Shown one piece after another: positions 36,487 through 44,898 of a stretch of DNA of 64,000 bases (position 1 is its first letter; the number at the start of each line of letters is the position of its first letter). The stretch is from positions 10,507-74,506 of the forward strand of contig CAMYYV010000001.1 in the NCBI GenBank assembly GCA_947303625.1, given 5' to 3'. The translations under genes and the position numbers were made by a program. The DNA is from an uncultured Bacteroidales bacterium (GTDB taxonomy: Bacteria > Bacteroidota > Bacteroidia > Bacteroidales > F082). The notes beneath the pieces are model-generated. The model had not been told where the DNA came from. It did no database searches and saw only the letters and a program-made list of their open reading frames with translations.

Positions 36487-37587
36487 ATGAAATACAAAAC
36501 CAAGATATCGATTGTCGGCAAGACCGACATGGGGCGCGTGAGGACCAACAATGAGGATGCCTTTGTTGCCCAAAAAATTTGGGACGAAAACACTTATCTT
36601 GCTGTTGCCATCGACGGCGTGGGAGGCTATGAAGGAGGAGAAATCGCCGCCGCCATGGCGCAGAAGACTATCCCGGATTATTTGTCGGCCTCATCGAACG
36701 GCGAGCGCGTCGAGCTGCTGAAACAGGCAGTCACTGCCGCCAACAACGCCATCTTTGAGGCAAGGGAGGCCGACCCCGAGCACGGCCAGATGAGTTGCGT
36801 GCTCACCGCCGCCATAGTAGATGTGGAACAACGGCAAATCAGCATGGCCCACGTGGGCGATTCGCGCCTTTACAGTTTCCATGACGGCAAACTGAAGAAG
36901 TTGTCCCACGACCATTCCTTGATTGGCTACCGGGAGGAAATTGGCGACCTGACGGAAGAAGAGGCCATGCACCATCCCCAGCGCAATGTGATTGGCAGGG
37001 ACGTCGGGTCGCAAAAGCATAAGGCCAGCGACGAGGACTTCATCGAGGCGCAGGTGTTCCCGTTGTTGCCGAACACCACGCTCCTGTTCTGCTCTGACGG
37101 CCTGACGGACCTAGTCACTTCGGCCGCAATTACGATGATTTTGAAACAAGAGGGGAACCTTGATGAGAAGGCTGATGCCTTGATCAAGGCAGCGCTCGAA
37201 GCGGGCGGAAAGGACAATGTCACGGTGGTGCTGCTTGAATACCAAAGCGACGAACCGGTAGTTGCTTCAGAAGAGACTGAAATAGAAACGGAAAATGCAA
37301 CGTCACAATCTGTGGTGGAGGAGAACGCCGGAGATGCTGGTAATCAACATGCTTCGAAAAGGGCCTGGCCTTTGGCCGTTGCTTGTCTAGTCCTTGGAGC
37401 GTTGGTGGGATCGCTTGTCGTCTTCTCAGGAATGAATAGTAAGATTAACAAACTCAAAGAGGCCCAAAAAGAAGAGGTGTGCCGTTATAAAGACAGTCTC
37501 ACTTTCCTGTGTGACTCGATAGAGAAGCTTAATAGTCAAATTCAAGATACAATCCCCACTAGTGATACCGTTTCGCTGAATGAATAG
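36487..37587 (+). CDS. PP2C Ser/Thr phosphatase with a C-terminal TM anchor (PstP/Stp-like)
   Basis: 366 aa. Motifs RTNNEDAF, IDGVGGYEGGE, HVGDSRLY, CSDGLTD and GGKDNVTVVLL. The TM segment is WPLAVACLVLGALVGSLVVFSG. Confidence 0.92.
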   Translation: MKYKTKISIVGKTDMGRVRTNNEDAFVAQKIWDENTYLAVAIDGVGGYEGGEIAAAMAQKTIPDYLSASSNGERVELLKQAVTAANNAIFEAREADPEHGQMSCVLTAAIVDVEQRQISMAHVGDSRLYSFHDGKLKKLSHDHSLIGYREEIGDLTEEEAMHHPQRNVIGRDVGSQKHKASDEDFIEAQVFPLLPNTTLLFCSDGLTDLVTSAAITMILKQEGNLDEKADALIKAALEAGGKDNVTVVLLEYQSDEPVVASEETEIETENATSQSVVEENAGDAGNQHASKRAWPLAVACLVLGALVGSLVVFSGMNSKINKLKEAQKEEVCRYKDSLTFLCDSIEKLNSQIQDTIPTSDTVSLNE

Positions 37588-40500
37588 ACGCTCGCCCATA
37601 AAAGAACTGCTGCCACCCATCATTGTCTCCGTGGTTTTGGTGGGTTTGTTCATCTCCCTCTTGCACAATGTTGACCGCCGAAATGCATCAGTGGTGGCCG
37701 ATATTGAAAACAAGAGGGCAGTTGTGCTTTCGCCCGGTTGCGACACTTCGCTGTTGTCGGAGATTATCTACAATGACGGTTATGCCGAGACGAAGGAAGA
37801 TGCCGATTTCATCGCGTCCGTTTTGGTCGAACGGCAGAAGAAGAAAGGCAGGTTGCCCAGTCTCTTCACCTTGCAGAAACGCGCCTTCGGACAGGTGAAG
37901 GCGGATACTGCTGCCGCTGAAGGAGTCCTTCCTTTGAAACTGAAGACGTCGTACGATAAGATTGGCCAGAACGATACGGTGTTCCCGTTTGAGGAACCGA
38001 TTCACGGTGGAATAGGAAAGATGACGGTTAAGGTGTATAAAAAGAAGCCGTCCGAGAAGTGGTGGAAAAGGATGATGAAGATGGAAGACAATGACCCATG
38101 CAAGGTCGACACGGTTCTTTTGACCACCTACTACCGTGATTCGTTGAATGCGCCTTGTCCGGCCGCTGTTGGGTTTCTTCCAACGGATTCATTGGGCGTT
38201 GCAGTTTTTTGTGGTTTGGATACCGCGGCCTCGTACAGCGTATTGCCTATAAAGCACGGTTGCGAGTATGGCTCGTCGAAAGGAACGGTGGGCGGAAAAT
38301 GGAAGATGCGCAAGTCGGGCGAGGGGATGGTTTTCTCCTTCGAGCAGAAGGAGCATCTGATTCCTCTATTTGGCAATGCCACGCTGAAGCAAATCAAGGC
38401 CGACAGGACCATCTTGGTGCGTTCGCCAAAAGAGTTCAAGGATGTGGCCGTGAAGTGGTTCGTGTATGTGATGCTTGCCTGGTGGGCACTTTGCTTATAC
38501 CTGATTGTCAGAAAAAAGAAGTTCAACGGTGCGTTGGTGGCATCCTGCATGTTTCTCTCGGTGTTGTGCGTGCTGATGATGTTCTCGATGCAAGATCCGC
38601 TGAATGATGAATTGAATGGAATCGTGATGGGAAAGGGCGTGGTGTTGGGTCTTGCGGTTTGCCTTGTGTTCCAAAGTGTTGACTTTGTGAAGTTTTATCA
38701 AAACAATAGCAAGTTGGGCTTCGACATCCCTTTGAACCTGTTCCGATGGCTGTTTTGTCCTTATCGCCAAAAAGTGGCCGGTTTGGCCAATACTTTGAAG
38801 GGCGATGCGAACGTGGCAAAGAAGATTTGGGCCATGATATTGGTACTACTTTCGTTGCCGTTCTTGCTCCTCGACTTGTTGCAAATCACCCGTTTGGGCA
38901 AAGCCGTTGACAGGCTTTGCGAAAAACTCCCCAAGGGAATAGGATGGCTCGTGTTGGCGTTGCTGCTGACCGCCATGCTATGGACGCCATTCGGTCAAGC
39001 CATCGGCGGCATGAAGGTGAACCTTAAGTTGGCCAGTCTTGTGTTCCAGCCCAGCGAGATTGCCAAGTACCTCATCCTCTTCTTCATGGCGGCGTTCTTC
39101 ACCCAACAGGCCGACACCATTATCGCCTATTCGCAACCACAACGGATGAACATGATGGGCAGCAAGTTGAAAACCTTGTTGTGGATTGTCCTGGGGTTGG
39201 CGGTCTTGATGGCCATGTATCTCGCCTTGGGCGATTTGGGACCGGGTCTTGTTATCGGAATAACCTTTATCTTGCTCTATTCCTTGATTAAATCCAAGGT
39301 GAATTTGGAACATCTGGATGAAGGGGGACGATGGAAGCGTATCTTTACGTGCGACTTTGCTATGCTCATTTATGGCGTGCTGACCTTCGCGGGATTCTTG
39401 CTGCTTGGTTATCAACTTGGAGGGAGACTGGTCATGTTGCTGTTTGGCGTATTGTGGTTTGTGTTTTGGGTGGCCCTAGGCTATTTCGGCTTTAGGAAAC
39501 AACTGTTCGAATCGGCCATGCTGTTCAATATGGTGGTCTTCGTGTTCGTTTGTGGTGGCGACCTCATGCAATTGATACCGGGCGTGAAGGACAGCAGCGC
39601 TGTTGAACGCTTTAACGACCGCGTGGAAATGTGCACCAATACCTGGGGCGACTTGGATATTGAGCACCTGGGCGAAAACGCCAAGGATGTGTCGAACAGC
39701 CAGGTGGCCAATGGACTTTGGGCCATGGCCACAGGCGGCATGACGGGGCAGGGACTAGGCGAAAGCAGACCTAGTCTGATACCGGCCTTCCATACCGACA
39801 TGATATTGTCTAGCATCGGCGAACAGATGGGATGGATAGGCCTGCTGATGGTGGTGGCGGCCTTGTTTGTATTGTTGCGAAAGATGGCCGTTGTTGGTTA
39901 TCGGGTAGGGCATCCCTTCGCTTTTTACCTGTGTTTGGGCTTTGCCATCGTTATCGGAGTCCAGTTCTTTATCATTGCGTTGGGCAGTTCGGGCATGATC
40001 CCTCTGACCGGCGTGACAGTTCCTTTCTTGAGTTTCGGTCGCGTGAGCATGATCCTCAACCTCGCCGCTTTTGGCGTTGTGCTTAGTCTCTGTAACAACA
40101 TCCGCGAGGAAGAGACGGCGGTTGAGGAGAATGTGCGGCAAAAGACGGTGGAGCAGTACAGCTATCCTGTGGCCATGGTCACTATGGTGTTCCTGGTTCT
40201 CGCTGTTTCCACTTTGCTCGTATGGCAGTATTATCAGTTGTGGAACCGTGACAGCACCTTGATACGCCCGGCCTACGTCATCAACAACCAGGGTGCTCCT
40301 GAGGTGGACTATAATCCGCGCATCAATTTGTTGATGAACAACATGTATGCTGGCAGGATATATGACCGAAAGAATAGGCTGTTGGCTACTGGTGACAAGA
40401 ATGAGATTGATACCGCCAGTTGCGTGCGTGCGGGACTGGACAAAGAAAAGCTGATGAGGCTGATGACGCGCCACCAGAGGCGTTACTATCCTTTTGGAGA

Positions 40501-42163
40501 ATACATGTTCTTTATGGTGGGCGACCAAAATGAAGGCATCATGTTTGCCTATGATGAATACCATCCTGCGGGTTACATGGCGGAGGCGCAGCATCTGTCG
40601 TATCTTCGCGACTTTAAGACCGCCATGTTGGATGAATCGGGGAAACCGGTGAAGGTTGAATTGAATACGGACAGGCTGAAAGAGAGTTCCTATCTTGCTC
40701 CTCGTTCTGCAAAGCTGACTTCCAAATTGAGAGACTATTCGGAATTGTTGGTCTATTTGAAGGATGGCATTGACGGGAAGAAAGTGGAGGAGCACAACAA
40801 AAAGGTGAAGGAGAGCAACTTCGACTTGCACCTCACGGTGGATGCTGCCTTGCAGGTGGAACTACAAAAGCAGATAGCGGACTTTATAGAGAAAGGAGAG
40901 TATAAAGGCAAGGCCTATAAGGACATGAATTTGCTCCGTGTCTCGGCAGTGGTGTTGGATGCCGAGAATGGCGACCTGCTGGCATCCGCCAACTATCCTT
41001 TGCCAGACTATGACCGTCTGCGCGAGGAAGAGGATATTGCCAGAAGGAGAGGGAGACCATACGCCGTCTATTCCGATAATCTGAAAGATACAAAATGGCC
41101 GACCTATACCGACAGGGATTTGGGGACCACCTATCAAACCCCGCCTGGTTCCACGGCAAAGGTGATGTCGGCGATGGGCGGTTTCAGGAAGTTGGGAATG
41201 GTTGCCCAAAACCAGACTTATAGGATTACGAATGCCAACGCCATTGAAAAAAACAAGAAAGGAGAGGTTATTGAACCTACAGGAGATGATGTTGCCATGG
41301 ATGTCGCCATAATTAAGTCTTCCAATTGCTATTTTGTCAACTTGGTCAATGAACAACAGTTGTTTGACAATCTTAAAGAGGTGTATTCTTCTGTTGGAAT
41401 CAACATTGGAGGCATCATGCCTTATTGTTATACAATCAAGGAAGACAAGGGATGGGAAGAGAAATACTATGCAAAGATTGACAAGAATAAGAAGAAAGCG
41501 TATGACAAGTATGAACTTTTCGACAAAGGAAAGTTGGTCGACCCGAAAGATAGGAAGGTGAAGCCCAAAGCGTCCACCAATATGAGCGTGCCAGAATGGA
41601 AATGGGCATGGGGACAAGGATACAGCGATGTAGAGACGGGTGAGAGTTTCGATTTCTTGGCCTCGCCGCTCAACATGGCCCGTGTGGCCGCTACGGTGGT
41701 TAACGGAGGTGAGATGCCCGTTACCCAATATGTCATGCAACGCAATGATTATGAACGGTCTTTGCGAAAGGAAAGGACGGTGCCGTTGATGAAGCCTGGA
41801 GAGGCGAGAATCTTGAAGGGATACATGCTCAAGGAATCGGCCAATCAGAAAGGGAGGAATGGCGTCAAACTTCCAGAATATGTTGGGGGCAAGACAGGCA
41901 CGCCGGAGCGAGGCAGGATAAGAAGCGCATACGAGAAGAACGACAAAATCCATTACACATACGACAAGCAAATCAATGATGGTTGGTACATGTTCTTCGT
42001 CGAAGGCGATGCCACGCATCATTCCATTGCTGTAGCGGTGCGCTTGGAAAGGTTGTGGGTTATTGATGCTAATGCCGGTGCTGGTTCGGGCGCGGCAGTG
42101 AGACTGACAGGAAGCAAGGTCTTGGATTGCTTGAGAAAATATGGCTATATTAGAAATGACTAA
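37580..42163 (+). CDS. Fusion protein: N-terminal extension (about 300 aa) + SEDS glycosyltransferase (FtsW/RodA/SpoVE) + class-B penicillin-binding transpeptidase
   Basis: 1527 aa. SEDS motifs: FQPSEIAKYLILFFMAAFF (about 39044), LGDLGPGLVI, HTDMILSSIGEQMGWIG and PLTGVTVPFLSFGRVS. PBP motifs: VVLDAENGDLLASANYP, SxxK in PPGSTAKV (about 41147), SxN in KSSNCYF and KTG in GGKTGTPE (about 41888). The start overlaps the PP2C stop by 8 nt (ATGAATAG). Confidence 0.92.
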   Translation: MNRRSPIKELLPPIIVSVVLVGLFISLLHNVDRRNASVVADIENKRAVVLSPGCDTSLLSEIIYNDGYAETKEDADFIASVLVERQKKKGRLPSLFTLQKRAFGQVKADTAAAEGVLPLKLKTSYDKIGQNDTVFPFEEPIHGGIGKMTVKVYKKKPSEKWWKRMMKMEDNDPCKVDTVLLTTYYRDSLNAPCPAAVGFLPTDSLGVAVFCGLDTAASYSVLPIKHGCEYGSSKGTVGGKWKMRKSGEGMVFSFEQKEHLIPLFGNATLKQIKADRTILVRSPKEFKDVAVKWFVYVMLAWWALCLYLIVRKKKFNGALVASCMFLSVLCVLMMFSMQDPLNDELNGIVMGKGVVLGLAVCLVFQSVDFVKFYQNNSKLGFDIPLNLFRWLFCPYRQKVAGLANTLKGDANVAKKIWAMILVLLSLPFLLLDLLQITRLGKAVDRLCEKLPKGIGWLVLALLLTAMLWTPFGQAIGGMKVNLKLASLVFQPSEIAKYLILFFMAAFFTQQADTIIAYSQPQRMNMMGSKLKTLLWIVLGLAVLMAMYLALGDLGPGLVIGITFILLYSLIKSKVNLEHLDEGGRWKRIFTCDFAMLIYGVLTFAGFLLLGYQLGGRLVMLLFGVLWFVFWVALGYFGFRKQLFESAMLFNMVVFVFVCGGDLMQLIPGVKDSSAVERFNDRVEMCTNTWGDLDIEHLGENAKDVSNSQVANGLWAMATGGMTGQGLGESRPSLIPAFHTDMILSSIGEQMGWIGLLMVVAALFVLLRKMAVVGYRVGHPFAFYLCLGFAIVIGVQFFIIALGSSGMIPLTGVTVPFLSFGRVSMILNLAAFGVVLSLCNNIREEETAVEENVRQKTVEQYSYPVAMVTMVFLVLAVSTLLVWQYYQLWNRDSTLIRPAYVINNQGAPEVDYNPRINLLMNNMYAGRIYDRKNRLLATGDKNEIDTASCVRAGLDKEKLMRLMTRHQRRYYPFGEYMFFMVGDQNEGIMFAYDEYHPAGYMAEAQHLSYLRDFKTAMLDESGKPVKVELNTDRLKESSYLAPRSAKLTSKLRDYSELLVYLKDGIDGKKVEEHNKKVKESNFDLHLTVDAALQVELQKQIADFIEKGEYKGKAYKDMNLLRVSAVVLDAENGDLLASANYPLPDYDRLREEEDIARRRGRPYAVYSDNLKDTKWPTYTDRDLGTTYQTPPGSTAKVMSAMGGFRKLGMVAQNQTYRITNANAIEKNKKGEVIEPTGDDVAMDVAIIKSSNCYFVNLVNEQQLFDNLKEVYSSVGINIGGIMPYCYTIKEDKGWEEKYYAKIDKNKKKAYDKYELFDKGKLVDPKDRKVKPKASTNMSVPEWKWAWGQGYSDVETGESFDFLASPLNMARVAATVVNGGEMPVTQYVMQRNDYERSLRKERTVPLMKPGEARILKGYMLKESANQKGRNGVKLPEYVGGKTGTPERGRIRSAYEKNDKIHYTYDKQINDGWYMFFVEGDATHHSIAVAVRLERLWVIDANAGAGSGAAVRLTGSKVLDCLRKYGYIRND

Positions 42164-42213
42164 AAAAAAGAAGGAAAATGTATAAGAATAGGGTCTGTTT
42201 GTTGAAGTTTTTG

Positions 42214-42221
42214 TACTTTTG
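42214..42221 (+). promoter_or_regulatory. -7 box TACTTTTG (candidate promoter for the kinase and downstream genes)
   Basis: TAnnTTTG match 61 nt upstream of the 42283 ATG. Confidence 0.35.
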
Positions 42222-42282
42222 GCATGGTTTTAAAGACAATTGCAATTGCGTTGAATAGTCTGGTGGGAGTAAATCTGAAATA

Positions 42283-43683
42283 ATGGATTTTTTAAAAGAA
42301 TATACGCTGTTAGGTGAACTGGGCAAAGGCGGTTTTGCCAAGGTCTATAAAGTCCGGCACAACACGCTGGACTACATCCGTGCTATTCGGGTGTTGAATG
42401 AGACTGTTACTGATGAAGGCAGCAAGACCTATCAGAATTTTCTGCGAGAGTGCAAAGTGTTGCTTCGCCTTGGCAATGGCAGCCATCGCAACATTGTTCA
42501 CATCTACCAGCCCCGTTTGTTGGATAACCACGCTTTGGTGGAGATGGATTTTGTGGACGGCAAAGACTTGTCGGGCTATTTGAATGATAACGGCAATTTC
42601 CTGCCTATAGACGAGGTGTTGCGTATGGTGGAGCAAATAAGCAGCGCCTTGGCATACTGCCACGAAGACATCTACAAGTTTTGCATGGACCGCGAAGTTG
42701 ACAATCTGAAAGACGACCCGGTGGACGGCAGTCGCGTGCTAATAGATGAAGATACCCGCCATAGGTTGATTGAGAAATACAAAGTTATCCATAACGACAT
42801 CCACTCGGGAAACATCATGCGGAGGGAGGACGGGAGTTTCGTGCTTTTGGATTTTGGGTTGGCCATTACAGGCAGCGATGATGTGTGCAAGACAAGTCGT
42901 CACGAAAACGGCGCAGTGGAGTATAAGGCGCCTGAGAAATGGGACAAAGATGCGGTGTTGACCGAACAGTGCGATGTGTATGGCTTGGGCGTTGTTATGT
43001 ACGAATACATGACAGGCCGTGTGCCTTTCCCATACGACAAGAATTTGTCGAAGACAGAGGCCGAATTCAAGTTGCTGAAAGCACACCTTGAGCAGACGCC
43101 GCCGTCTATTGGTGATATGCGCAGGGCCTACTACGAGGCGAAATACCCCGGTTTGGTTTATGAGAAAGACTATCCCGACTGGTTGGAGGCGGCTGTCATG
43201 CGGTGTCTGGAGAAAGACCCGTCCAAGCGATTCCGCAATGGCAAGGAACTGTATGAGTACATCGTGGCTCATCGCAGCGAGAACACGAAAACCCGCTTGG
43301 AGGAAGAGATAAAGAGATTGAAAGAATCGTGTGATGAGTTGGCCTCTGAGGTCCAGAGACTACAAGCGGAAAACGAGACGCTGGTCCAGCAATTGGATAG
43401 CGAGCAGGGACGGAAAGAATCCTACGATGAGTTGGTTTCTGAGGTGCAGAGACTAAAAACTGAGAATGAGACTTTGAACGCTCGTCTGAACGAGGAGCAG
43501 GGGCAGAAAAAAGAAGAGCAAGATGAAACACCCTTAGAAGTTCAAGAACCCAAAGATGAAAATGATGCGGTGATTGAACAACCAAAGCCTGAATACGTTC
43601 CGAAAGTCTGCAAGAGATGCGGGACGATAGCAATATCCATCGATGCCAAGCGTTGTAGGAAGTGCGGGAGAAAGCTGGAATAA
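42283..43683 (+). CDS. Hanks-type Ser/Thr kinase-like protein (atypical catalytic residues) with a coiled-coil repeat and a C-terminal zinc ribbon; no TM or PASTA
   Basis: 466 aa. Motifs LGKGGFAKVY, AIRVL (Arg where the beta3 Lys is expected), HNDIHSGN, DFG, KAPE and DVYGLGVVMYE. Two 31-aa coiled-coil repeats are present. The C-terminus is CKRCG..CRKCG. Confidence 0.85.
   Translation: MDFLKEYTLLGELGKGGFAKVYKVRHNTLDYIRAIRVLNETVTDEGSKTYQNFLRECKVLLRLGNGSHRNIVHIYQPRLLDNHALVEMDFVDGKDLSGYLNDNGNFLPIDEVLRMVEQISSALAYCHEDIYKFCMDREVDNLKDDPVDGSRVLIDEDTRHRLIEKYKVIHNDIHSGNIMRREDGSFVLLDFGLAITGSDDVCKTSRHENGAVEYKAPEKWDKDAVLTEQCDVYGLGVVMYEYMTGRVPFPYDKNLSKTEAEFKLLKAHLEQTPPSIGDMRRAYYEAKYPGLVYEKDYPDWLEAAVMRCLEKDPSKRFRNGKELYEYIVAHRSENTKTRLEEEIKRLKESCDELASEVQRLQAENETLVQQLDSEQGRKESYDELVSEVQRLKTENETLNARLNEEQGQKKEEQDETPLEVQEPKDENDAVIEQPKPEYVPKVCKRCGTIAISIDAKRCRKCGRKLE
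43330..43515 (+). repeat. In-frame 93-bp tandem duplication (2 copies) inside the kinase gene
   Basis: tgtgatgagttggcctctgaggtccagagactacaagcggaaaacgagacg... parallels tacgatgagttggtttctgaggtgcagagactaaaaactgagaatgagact.... The peptides are CDELASEVQRLQAENETLVQQLDSEQGRKES and YDELVSEVQRLKTENETLNARLNEEQGQKKE. Confidence 0.8.
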
Positions 43684-43704
43684 ACAAGATAAAAGCATAA
43701 AACA

Positions 43705-44898
43705 ATGAAATGTAAGCATTGCAAAACAATAATCTCTGACGACAGTGTTTTCTGCGAGCACTGCGGAAGAAGAGTAAAACGTAATAAATGGCCGTTCATT
43801 ATTGCTGCCCTTTTGCTTGTTGGCGGAGGCGTGCTGTTCTATTTGAACTACGTCAAAGGCAATGAAACGCCCGGGCCGTCCGTTACGGTTACTGTCAAGT
43901 CGAAAGACGAGAGCATGGGGACGGTGAAAGGAGGCGGTTCATTTAAGAGCGGTGCGGTTGTCCAGATAGAAGCTACGGCTAACAAGGGCTATAGGTTTGT
44001 GTGTTGGGACGATGGAAACAAAGAAGGTTTCAGAGAAGTGACGGCGGACCATAACCAAGAGTATCAGGCGATTTTTGAAGAAAAGAGGAAGGTTGCGATT
44101 TCTGTCAAGTCGAATGACGAGAGCATGGGAACGGTAATAGGAGGCGGGACTTATTATGACGACACGGTTGTCTCGATAATTCCTGTGGCCAACAAGGGTT
44201 GCCATTTTGTTGGTTGGGGCGATGGGAAGGTGGATAATCCTAGAGAAGTGAAAACAGACCAGGCCTTGGAGTTGGTGGCGTATTTTGAGGAGACGGGTTC
44301 GAATTCGAATGATACTGTTACCCTTGGCCCTCCAGACCCTTTGCCCCGCGAGGTTCCAAAGTATAAGATTTCTGTCGAGCCTTCAAATAATAATATGGGG
44401 ACAGTGGATGGTGGCGGTACTTATGATTCTGCAACTGTCGTTACAATAAATGCTGTGCCTAAAGAGGGGTGTAAGTTTGCTTCCTGGAATGATGGAAACA
44501 AAGATAAAACGCGTAAGGTCGTGGTTGACGGCAACCGTAAATACACGGCACAATTTGAAAAGATTGCACAGCGTGTTGATCCTCCTGGTAAACTAGAGGA
44601 AGAAGTGCCTGGGCGCCTGTATCAAACGAAAGAATATTGGTTTGGGTGGTATGTAGGCGGTATGAAGAATGGGATTCCTGAAGGTAGTGGAAAAATGTAT
44701 TACGATTGTCACGTTCAAATAGCCAAACACGATATAGTTTCTCATTATGCAGAAGAAGGGGATTATTTTATAGGGATATGGTGCAATGGTGATATTGAGG
44801 ATGGAGATTTGTATGATTCTAAAGGTGAGTTGAAATGTCACATTAGTCCAGGCGGGCGTACTAAACCATATGAATTGAACAATGAAAAGAAAAACTGA
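43705..44898 (+). CDS. Zinc-ribbon / single-TM protein with three divergent InlB B-repeat-like modules and a MORN-like C-terminus
   Basis: 397 aa. MKCKHCKTIISDDSVFCEHCGRRV is followed by the TM segment FIIAALLLVGGGVLFYL. Three repeats of the type ESMGTV.GGG.Y..GAVV.I.A.ANKGY.FV.W.DGN follow. The tail is YVGGMKNGIPEGSGKMYY...GDYFIGIWCNGDIEDGDLY. Confidence 0.8.
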   Translation: MKCKHCKTIISDDSVFCEHCGRRVKRNKWPFIIAALLLVGGGVLFYLNYVKGNETPGPSVTVTVKSKDESMGTVKGGGSFKSGAVVQIEATANKGYRFVCWDDGNKEGFREVTADHNQEYQAIFEEKRKVAISVKSNDESMGTVIGGGTYYDDTVVSIIPVANKGCHFVGWGDGKVDNPREVKTDQALELVAYFEETGSNSNDTVTLGPPDPLPREVPKYKISVEPSNNNMGTVDGGGTYDSATVVTINAVPKEGCKFASWNDGNKDKTRKVVVDGNRKYTAQFEKIAQRVDPPGKLEEEVPGRLYQTKEYWFGWYVGGMKNGIPEGSGKMYYDCHVQIAKHDIVSHYAEEGDYFIGIWCNGDIEDGDLYDSKGELKCHISPGGRTKPYELNNEKKN

